A stretch of 64,000 bases of DNA from Piromyces finnis finn (lineage: Eukaryota; Fungi; Neocallimastigomycota): contig MCFH01000039.1 in NCBI GenBank assembly GCA_002104945.1, forward strand, positions 248,001-312,000, given 5' to 3'. Positions within the stretch are counted from its first letter, which is position 1. Each line of letters opens with the position of its first letter. The notes under the pieces are model-generated. The model was given only the letters and a program-made list of their open reading frames with translations. It did not search any database and had not been told where the DNA came from. Position numbers and translations under genes: made by a program. Below, piece by piece: positions 48,944-59,300 of this stretch.

Positions 48944-49814
48944 TTTATTTCTACTTTGAAGAACTTGATAAAAGAAAAAGAATATATATTTTATTCTATA
49001 AAATGGGGGGTAATTTTAATAATTGAATTTTATAATTTATTAAAGTTTTAATTTAAAAAGGTAAAGTTTTTTTTTTATGAAATCTATTTTCTTTATTAAA
49101 TTGATAAATCTGTTATTTTTATTATTATTACTGATAGTGTTCTTATTTTATTATTAAAATAGTGGTCAATTACTTTTAAAAATGTATTTTTTTTTTGTGA
49201 AGTTTAAAACATTTGAGTGTGACTTTTAAAGTTTATCTTCTTTATCTATTTGATATTAAAATAAATATAATTGTTGTTGTTGTATTAATAATAAAAAGGT
49301 CTTAATTGATAGAGATATAAAGAATCTATAAAAAAAAAAAAAAGAAAAGAAAATTGAAATCCTTTAACTTTTTTTTATTATTATAATGAATCATTAATGG
49401 TTTATTAATATTCATATAGTTATTTATTTAGTTACTTAGTTATTTATTCACTCATTTTTAATGATTTATTTAATAGGAATAAACTATAAATTTATCTAAA
49501 TTTTCCTTATTATTCATTTAATTTTAAACTTTATGAATTAATAAAATGAAATATATTGTAATATATTGCAATATATTTAATTTAATTATTAATGATTTAT
49601 TCTATTTCATTATTTATAAAAATGCGGCTATTAATATCTTTATTAATTATAAATTCAACAAGTAGTAAAATATATTCATTTTAATTAAATTATATATTAG
49701 ATTATATTATAATATATTGTAAACAATAATTCATATTAATTTGAATCTTTTGACCGTTCTGGTATTTAAGAATAAAGGTCTCTACAAAAAAAAAAAAGAT
49801 AAAGAAAGAAAAAT

Positions 49815-50205
49815 ATAATGATGGTATAATAACGGTATAATAGTATTGATATAATAATAATAATGATATGATATATAATAATGTTATGATATGTAATAAT
49901 GGTATAATATAGTAATGATATGATATATGATATAATGTTATTAATGTTATAATGTAACAATGTTATAATGTTGTAAATATTGTTGATATAATGTTATATA
50001 ATGATAATGATATAATATATAATAATGTTATATAATAATGGTATAATGGTGTTATATAATGATAATGATATATAATAGTGTTATATAATAATGGTATAAT
50101 GGTGTTATATAATGATAATGATATATAATAATGTTATTAATATTGTTATAATGTAACAATGTTATAATGTTGTAATGTTATATAATAATGTTAATGATAT
50201 ATGAT
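49815..50205. repeat. Degenerate A/T/G low-complexity minisatellite
   Basis: Recurring TATAATG/ATAATGAT/GGTATAAT units. An approximately 50-bp unit (TTATATAATAATGGTATAATGGTGTTATATAATGATAATGATATATAATA) occurs twice, and GTTATAATGTAACAATGTTATAATGTTGTAA occurs twice. Confidence 0.75.
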
Positions 50206-50571
50206 ATTGCTATCTATTTAGAAAAAAAAAAGTTTAAAAGGCATCAAAATAATTTGTTTATATTAAAAAGTATGTGCTTCTTTTTAATGAATTTTTTTTT
50301 TTAGTTTATATTAAGTAGTATAACTTTTTTTTCTCTCTCTTTCTTTCTTCTTTTTATAGTTTATTATAGGTATATGGTACAACACCAGATTTTAGTATAT
50401 TTGGTGATGAAAATATAAAAAAAAGAATAATGAAAAAATTAGTTTTATTGTTTATGAAAAAATAGTATCAATTAAAAGCTTTATTATTTTATAAATTTTA
50501 AAGGATTTGGTTGTTTCTTTGTCATCCTTTCTTTTTAATAAAATATCATATAACTTAAAGTGCGAATAAAT

Positions 50572-50579
50572 AATAATGC

Positions 50580-50660
<81 letters not shown>

Positions 50661-50670
50661 CATAATAATA
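50572..50670. repeat. (TAA)n microsatellite bounded by TGCA interruptions
   Basis: Direct reading. Confidence 0.9.
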
Positions 50671-52120
50671 GTAATAATGTTTGTTCTATATCTCAAGTAT
50701 CATACATAATGTATTGAAAATAACCAATGATCATTGTCCATATTATTATTCAAATACATTATAATACATTGCATCATTTGTATCATTTGTTGACAAAAGA
50801 AAAAAAGAAAACAAAAAATAAGATAATTAATAGAATAATGCATTCAAATTACCAAAAACAATTATATCAAAAAAAAAAAAAAAGGTATATAATAAAAGGG
50901 AATATATTAAAAGGTATATGATATAAGATATAATAATATAGAAATTAAATATTTAAAAATAACATTTTTTTTATATTAAACAGTTATCATAGACAATTGT
51001 TTTTAATAATAATATTTATTAAAAATGGTTGTATGGAATACTAAAGATAGCATTATAAAACAACAAATAATAATGAATTTTAATTAGTATTCTTATTCGT
51101 GTAAAACACTTTTTTTATTATTATTTCATTCTAATGAAAAGAATATTTAACATAAAGTGGTGTAGCAACCTATTTTTATTTATTGTGGAGTCGTTAGGAG
51201 TTGAAAAGGGCATTTTTTTTATATAATAATTATGCAATGATGAAAAGTTAGAATGCGAATTTATTTAATTTTATCTATAAAAAAGTAAACTATTAAATAA
51301 TTATCCATTGCTATACATTATACTATATATTTTTTTATAAAGTATTATTTTGTTTCTTTTTTTCTTTCCATTCATGTAATGCAATGCATTCCCTTAATTA
51401 TCTAGGCATTCCCTCTATTGATTTTGCTGTTTATCTAACCATTCCCTTAATTATCTAGGTCTTTCCATATTTCTATATTGACTTTATCACTTTTTATCTT
51501 TGCTATATATTAACAAGCATTTTCAATTGTTTTTCTTTTTATTTCATTGGTGAAGCTTCTCGACAAAGAAATAAACACAAACCAAAATTTAATTAGCAAT
51601 TTAATTAAAAAAATGTATTGAAATTTGTAATCGAAACAACCAAAAAAATTAAAATGCACTTTTATTTTAGTCAATAATACATTAAAATTTTGTAAAAAAA
51701 AAAAAAAAAAGAAAGAAATTTAAACTATAATTTTTACTATTTTCTCTTTTCTTTATCACCACAACTATTTATGATGACTTTTTTTTTTTAAAAAAACTAA
51801 ACTTTTTCTTTTTTGTTATTTTGTTTAAAAAAAGAAAAATTAAACTTTTTATTTTTTAATATAAAAAATTTTGTTTTTTTTTTTTTTTTTTAAAAATCAT
51901 CCACAAAAGGAAATATTAAAATTTTGATTTGTCATTTTTTTTTTTTTTTAGAAAAAGTGGTAGGTAAAAAAGAAAACAACAACAACAACAAAAGTAACAA
52001 CAAAAGAAAAGATGAAAATATAAAAAAAAAAGGATTTTACGGCATTTGTAAACTATCATTTTCATAATAAATTCAATAGTCAAGTTTTAATGCATTAAAA
52101 AAAATAATAATAATGAAACC

Positions 52121-52182
52121 AATTTTATTTTAATTTTATTCTAATTTTATTCTAATTTTATTCTAATTTTATTCTAATTTTA
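52121..52182. repeat. 11-bp tandem repeat (AATTTTATTCT)x4 plus partial copies
   Basis: Direct reading. Confidence 0.85.
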
Positions 52183-53536
52183 ATGTTTCCCATTTTTCAA
52201 TTTCTATTTTGTTTTGTTTATTTTTTGATAAAAAAAAAAAAACAACTTGCTAATTGATTTTAGTTCAGGAATCTTTACCTTTTTTTTTTTCTTTTCTTCC
52301 TAAAGAATTGAAGATATGGCATACATCTCTTGAACAGAATTCATACTCAACATGAATTTTTTATTTTTTTTTTTAAAAAAAAAAGGAATGGTATAATTTG
52401 AATAGATCAGTTTTTAATTTTTGAAGAGGTATTTTTTTTATATTCAAAATAAAAACTTTTAATATCAATAAACAAAAAAAAAAAAAAAGTCATTACTACT
52501 TTATGTTCAAGAGGTAGTAAAATTCATGCATTTTCAAGTAAATAAATAAACCTTTTAAATCTGTAGAATCATTTTTTCATAATATGAAAAGGTATAAAAT
52601 CCACTTTTTACCAAGAGTGATGATGATGATGATGATGATGATAGGTAAAAGATCATCAAAATAAATAATTCAATTCTTTATTTTATTATTAAAAGGAATT
52701 ATCTATCCTTTAATAATTTTAATTCAAAATTTATCCTTCCTTTTTATTATTCATGAACGTAGTTGTATGTAATTTAATCCTTCCCATTCTTTTTTTAATA
52801 GAAAAAAACACCTCATCATTTAAATGTAACAAAAAAAAAAAAAACTATATATATAAAAGTAACGAATTCTTTATTAATAAAATAAATCCAATATACATCA
52901 TTATACCTTTACAAAATAAAAAAAAGGTATAAATCCTTTCTTTCTTCTATCTACTTTTAATTGTATACCTTTTTTTTTTTTTTGCTTGTTATTCTAGACC
53001 TCTCTGACTGCCGACCCTTCTCATGACTTGATGCCTTTTTCCAACAGAAATAAATGAAATCAATAAAATGGATTATACAGGAATATATTTCATTCCATAT
53101 ATTAAAGTTTTAGGTTTAGTATATGGTAACACAAATAAATTAAAAATAAATGAAAAAAATTATATTTTTATTTTTAATTAAACTTTAATTTATAATAAAA
53201 ATGAATAAAGAAAAAGTTTAAAAAAAAGTTGAAACATTTTTTTATTATAAAAAAAAAAGAAATTAAAAAATTATAATTAAAAAAAAAAAAAGAAGAAAAT
53301 TAAATTGTTTATTTATTAAGTCATTAACTTTATTTTTTAAAAAAAATATAAATAAAACAGTTTTTTCTTTTCTTGTTTTTTTTTTTTTTTTACTTTTAAC
53401 ATTATTGTAAATAGAAAATAGAAAATAGAAAAAAAAACTATTGTTTATAAAATCTATTTTATTGTAATATAACATCTCACTTCCTCCAATTTTTTTATAA
53501 TATTATATTTTTTAATTTAATTTTATAATAAAAAAA

Positions 53537-54732
53537 ATGACTATTGAAAACGTTAGTTGTACCTTAAACAGATACCCAGAGGGTATGGTTAAACTTGATG
53601 ATTTTAAGATTGTTCAAGGTCCAATTCCAGAAATTAGTGATAATGATGTTTTACTCAAGGTTCTTTGCTGTTCTGTTGATCCATTCATGCGCGGTCGTAT
53701 GAAGAAGGATAACCCAAGTTCTTATGTTCCACCATGTCAACCAGGTAAAGTTATCCAAGTTTTCTCTATTACCCAAGTTGAAAAGATTGGTGCTAATGTT
53801 ACCGATATTAATGTTGGTGACAAGTACATGTGTTTCAACGGTATTGAAAAATACACTGTTGTTCCACAACAAGCTATTAAGGGAGATGGCCAAAAGAACC
53901 TCGGTAACTACAACAAGATTGATCCAAACAATCCAATAAAGGATTCATTCTACCTTGGTTTATTCGGTAAATAAATAAAAATTTTTTTTTTTTACAAGAA
54001 TAGTTAAAAAAAATTGGTGGTGTGTATAGTTTGTTTACCTTCGTAAAAACTAATAAAATTTTTTTGTGACCAAAAAAAATATGAATTAAAATATAAATAG
54101 GTATGCCAGGTATGACTGCTTGGGCTTTCTTTAACAAGGTTGGTAAGCCAAAAGAAGGTGAAACCATTTTTGTTAGTGCTGCTTCTGGTGCCGTTGGTCA
54201 AGTTGTTTGTCAACTTGCTAAGCTTAAGGGTTTAAAGGTTGTTGCTTGTGCTTCTTCTCCAGAAAAAATTGGTTTCTTAAAGGGTGCTATTAAGGTTGAT
54301 GAAGCTTTCAGTTACCGTGACTTCCCAGACAAGGAATCCTTCGTTGCTCAATTACGTAAGGTTTGTCCAAACGGTATTGATATCTACTTTGATAATGTTG
54401 GTGGATACATTCTTGATTCTGCTCTTCAACTTATGAATGTTCATGGTAGAGTTGTTATGTGTGGTATGATCTCTCAATACAACCTTAAGGACAAGTACCA
54501 ATACACCCTTCAAGATATCTCTAACAGAAGACTTACTCTTCAAGGTTGCTTATTCAACGATTACTTCCCAAGATGCATGGGTGAATTTATGCAAGATATG
54601 ATTCCAATGGTTCAATCCGGTAAACTTATCTACAAGGAAGATGTTTACAAGGGTGTTGAAAAGACTCCAGAAGCTTTTATTGGTTTATTCAACAGTAAAA
54701 ACTTTGGTAAGGTTGTCATTGAACCATTCTAA
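53537..54732 (+). CDS. NADP-dependent oxidoreductase, MDR superfamily (prostaglandin reductase / 2-alkenal reductase / CurA-like), one intron 53967-54100
   Basis: SVDPFMRGRM, LFG|MPGMTAW, FVSAASGAVGQVVCQLAKLKG, PNGIDIYFDNVGG, GRVVMCGMISQYN and AFIGLFNSKNFGKVVI. The two track ORFs join in frame through a GT-AG intron. Confidence 0.93.
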
Positions 54733-55242
54733 ATTTAACTCCCATTGAAATATTTTTATCATTTTTTCAAAAAAAAAATGGTCTTTTGAATTTTTTTATT
54801 AAAAAATTTAAATAATTTTATTTTTTAATTTTTTTTCAATCCTATGAAAAAAAAACATCAATCCTATATATTATTACTATGTACTTTGAATTATCATTCT
54901 ATAAAAAATATATAAAAAATCTTGAAATTTTACAAGTCTTCATAAACGTTAAGAAAACTTGTAAAAAAAAAACTATTTATTAAAGAATAATATAAAACAT
55001 TTATAAAATTGTATTCTATAGAATGTATAAATTTAAAAAATTTACTTGATTTTAGAATAGATAATAGAATTTTATAAAAGAGAAAAAAAAGTTTAAAGAG
55101 TATTTTTAAAGATAAAATAAAAATAAAAAAAAATATTAAATATAAAAATTGGGTTTATATTTATTTAATTTTGTTTATTGGGGAGTAAATTTTAATTTTC
55201 ATTTTGATGGAGGTGTGTACTATTCAATAGAAATAGATATTT

Positions 55243-55320
55243 TAGATTTTGTTACGCTTTATTTGGATTGATTCCTTTCCTTTGAAATGGAACTTTGTTT
55301 CCATTGTTTCTATTCCAAAG
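55243..55320 (+). pseudogene. Short remnant of a related LINE reverse-transcriptase gene
   Basis: Translates to IWIDSFPLKWNFVSIVSIPK, against IWDGDFPNSWNESSIVSIPK in the intact RT (13/20 identical). It stops abruptly where the repeat ladder starts. Confidence 0.6.
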
Positions 55321-55754
55321 CCCTCTTGGGAACGTGCCTTCATTTATTTAATAAATGTAGTTTCTACCCTCTTGGGAACGTGCCTTCATTTATTTAATAA
55401 ATGTAGTTTCTACCCTCTTGGGAACGTGCCTTCATTTATTTAATAAATGTAGTTTCTCAAGGGGGTCTACTCATGCTCATGGTACTGAGAGAGTAGAAAG
55501 AATTAAACCCTCTTGGGAACGTGCCTTCATTTATTTAATAAATGTAGTTTCTCAAGGGGGTCTACTCATGCTCATGGTACTGAGAGAGTAGAAAGAATTA
55601 AATCCAAGTATTGCGCAATGGATGCTTGGTGCCCTCTTAGGAATGTGCCTTCATTTATTTAATAAATGTAATTTCTCAAGGGGGTCTACTCATGCTCATG
55701 GTACTGAGAGAGTAGAAAGAATTAAATCCAAGCATTGCGCAATGGATGCTTGGT
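55321..55754 (+). repeat. Ladder of nested 5'-end copies of the retroelement: A+a, A+a, AB, ABC+g, A'BC(full element)
   Basis: A (45 bp, CCCTCTTGGGAACG...GTAGTTTCT) at 55321, 55367, 55413, 55508 and a variant at 55632. B (50 bp, CAAGGGGG...AATTAAA) at 55458, 55553 and 55677. C (28 bp, TCCAAG...CTTGGT) at 55603 and 55727. Confidence 0.93.
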
Positions 55755-55866
55755 TAGTCTTCAAGGGAAAATTATTAGGACTAAGCTCATGGTACTGAGC
55801 GATTAAAAAACATTTTATTCATCAAATTTAAGTATTTGATGAATAAGTGAATGTTTGATTTTTCAG

Positions 55867-56207
55867 GTAAGTTTGTATAGTATTTAATTAGAAGAGTAAT
55901 ACATTTTGTTGCTGTATTTTTTCTTTTATTCATGTATTCATGTAGTACTACTCTTCTCTTGTAAGAATCCAATGTAGTCAACTTTAGCATTTGCATTGTA
56001 CTTTTATATTCATGTAGCTATTGTTGTATTGTTTCTTGTAAGAGACTGATTCACTCTACATCATGTAAAAATACTATTCACAAGCTTTCTGGTGTCGACA
56101 TTCTTGATTCAAATTTTTTACCAATTTAAATATTTAATGAAAAGTAAAGTCAAACAAGTTTAGTGTCAAAAAGCGAATCGAATTTACTAACAACAAACCA
56201 AAACTAG
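55867..56207 (+). other. Putative spliceosomal intron in the LINE 5' UTR
   Basis: CAG|GTAAGT donor at 55867, TACTAAC branch site at 56185-56191, CTAG acceptor at 56204-56207. The same three signals occur in copy 2 (61348; 61666-61672; 61685-61688). Confidence 0.55.
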
Positions 56208-56397
56208 AATTTTTAAAGAAAATTTACAACTAGAATTCAAAAAAAGAAACTTTAAACAAAGCATCGTAACAATTTTTGTACTATCCAGTACTTTTAAGAA
56301 GAGAGAGAGAGACAGATTTTTTTCCATATACGTTATATTTGTAATTTTTATTAGTATTTATTTTATATTCAATATTTTTTAATTAGAATTTATTATC

Positions 56398-59300
56398 ATG
56401 TCAGTCCTTTATATTAAAGATAAGAATTATATCAGACGTGGTACCCGGTCTTATGGTATCCCCTTAGATGATATTCGCTCCTTCTTTATCCGTGGTATTC
56501 GATCATGGTCAGTAAATATGCTATGGGAAAAACTCGAGGTTATTCTAGAAGATAAATTTAATTCAGTTATTAGTGTTAAATATTTTCAAACTTTCAATGA
56601 TCACTTTTTCTTAGTCAAGGTTCATGGTTCATCAAAAGATTGTATTAAAATCTTACACATGTTAAAGAAGAAACTTTCAGTTACCTCAATTTCCTTTTCA
56701 GCTCGTAGTAGAAGGAATCACAAATACACTTTTTCCACTCTCAAACGTAAAATTTTAGTTTCTAATAAACATCAACATTCTATTCAACAATCATTTCAAC
56801 AATCAGTTCAACAATCAGTTCAACAATCTCATCAACAATCCGATCTTCAACAAGATCTTCAACAGGATCTTCAACAAGTTTCCCATCATGAAAATATTCC
56901 AGATCTACAGCAAACACAATTTCAATCTCAACATTCAACAATTAATTCTAATAGTTCTATCAACTCTGATAACAGTTCAATAGTTGATAGTTCTTCAGTT
57001 TCACAGCCATCTAGTAATAGTTCTACTTATTCCTCTGATGCATCATCCATTAATAACGATGACTTTAATAATAATAATAATAGCAACGATTCTTCCTCAT
57101 CCAACAAGCCTGTTAACTTTTCTTTTTGTCTTAGTTGGAACACCAATGGGTGGAATCATGAAAAGAGAGATAGTATTAGCTATTTCACAGCTATTTTCAA
57201 ACCATTATTCTTATGTTTCCAAGAAACTGGTAATGGTTCTGGATCGAATACAGATTATCCTTGTCGTGTTACTTTGCGAAACTATAGACACTTTTTCAAG
57301 AAAGCTGACGAATCAGTTCCGGGAATGAGAGGTTTATATTTAGGTTTTCACAATTCGTGTCAAGCCTCACTTGAAAACTTCTCTGGAAAGTATATTATTT
57401 CTATTTATACTTTTAGTCTCTGGAATAGATTCAAATGCTCGATTGGAAATGTTTATATGCCTCATAGTCATCACAACATCTATGTTGATCATGCAAAGTT
57501 AGAAGTTCGCTTGTGGTTACAAACTCATTCATCCCATCCATCGATTCTTGTTGGTGATTTTAATATGTCTAAAGTAAAATTATCCAACTGGTTATCAACT
57601 AATGGATTAGGAGATTGGGAAATTCTTCCGCTTAGAGGGTCTACTATCTCTTGGACTCGAGGTGATCAATCTTCCGACATTGACCATGCTCTTATCAATT
57701 CGAAGATGAAAGATCTTATTCACTCAGGATCATTTATAAATAATTTTTATCCTGTATCAGACCATAAGCCACTTCTTATTAATGGTAAAATTATTCCTAT
57801 GGAAGATTTTTCTAATGACTTTAATGTTCCTAAGAAAATTCTGAAATGGAATAGATTAAAATGTATTGAGGAAAAGGAATCTATTCTCAGTCATAATAAA
57901 TTCCAAATACTTTCAGCAAAATCCAACGATCCTAATGTTTCTACAGATGAACTTTCCAAAGAGTTTACTTCAACTGCTTTTTCAATTGCAGACGAGCTCA
58001 GTATTACCTCAGCAAATAATGTTATAAAGTCTTCATTTCATATTTCACAACAAATTTTTAATCTCCAAAAAATCAAAATGAAGTTGTATAAGAGATTTAA
58101 AAAAGAAAGAATTTATGATATAGATGAATTTATTAAAAGAATTAAAATCTACCGTAAACTCATTGATTACATCCACAAAAGATGTAATGAATTTAGGAAG
58201 CAAGAATATCTTCATTGGATTAAAACAGGATGTGAGTATATGAAGAGTCATAATCCTAAGAAGGCCTGGAAATGGATCAAGAAAACTGCAAAAATTGGAA
58301 AAGATTCTTTCTTTATTGCTCAACCAATTAAAAACAAAAATGGAGAATTAGTTGTTGCTACGGAAGAACAACTAGATGTGTGGCATGATCATTTCGAAAA
58401 GCTTGCATCAGATCCAAGTGGTGTAAGTCTTGATTTGGAGCATTGGTATGAAGAACCAACGAATAAACGTTTTTCACTTCCTATGCTTGATGAATGGGAT
58501 ATCAACCAAGATATTAGTATTGATGAAGTCAAGTCAGCTATCCTCTCTACTCCGAATTATAAAGCATCAGGTCCGGATGGTATTCCAATTGAATTTTACA
58601 AAGCATTAATTCCATCAAGTAATGATTCTAATAATGCTACAGATAATAATTCTTCCGGTAATACCACTTCAGATAATGATGCTTATGGTTTAAATTTTAT
58701 TCTTAAATTATTCAACCGTATTTGGGATGGAGACTTCCCCAACTCATGGAATGAATCCAGTATTGTTTCTATTCCTAAGAAGGGAGATTTGACAGATTGT
58801 GATAACTATCGAGGTATATCACTTATCAATAATGGTATTAAGTTGATTTCCAAAATTGTCACCACTAGAATCTCAGAATATGGTCTAAAGAATAATTTCA
58901 TTAGACCTGAACAATTTGGTTTTCGAAAAAAGGAAGAAAGTATCAGTCTTTTCATTTCAATCCAAGAAATATGCCGTAGACGTCAATTAGATAATAAAGA
59001 GACATATTTGGCCTTTTTAGATCTCAGGAAAGCATACGATTCAGTCCCAATCGGTAATATTCTCCATAAATTAGATTGTTTAGGAATCCGAGGTAAGAGT
59101 TTACAATTCATCAAAAATTTATATTTAACATCTAAGGCTAATGTCAAATTAGATGGACAATTCTCGAAATCTTTTGATGTGAAGAAAGGAGTCCGTCAAG
59201 GATGCCCTCTTTCTCCTATTCTCTTTAATCTCTTTATTAATGATATATTTAAAGAGTGTGAAGATCTCGGAGTCAGTTTAGGTGACACTCGATGCTGTGG

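Noticed and set aside
55321-55754. CRISPR-like repeat array
   Set aside because: There are no unique spacers. The intervening sequence is simply the continuation of the same element, and the context is eukaryotic with no cas genes.
55680-55792. HDV-like ribozyme fold (P1 GGGGGUC/GAUGCUU, P3 CAU/AUG, GG, P4 UUAGUC/GACUAA, then GC)
   Set aside because: The order of elements is suggestive. However, P1 has a G-G mismatch, L3 lacks the UYC motif, P2 is only about 3 bp and not adjacent to P3, and a stronger competing hairpin exists. Not called as an ncRNA.
55787-55996. 69-aa antisense ORF present in both LINE leaders (also 61268..61477)
   Set aside because: The copies are about 99% identical, so the conservation is uninformative, and the peptide has no recognisable motif.
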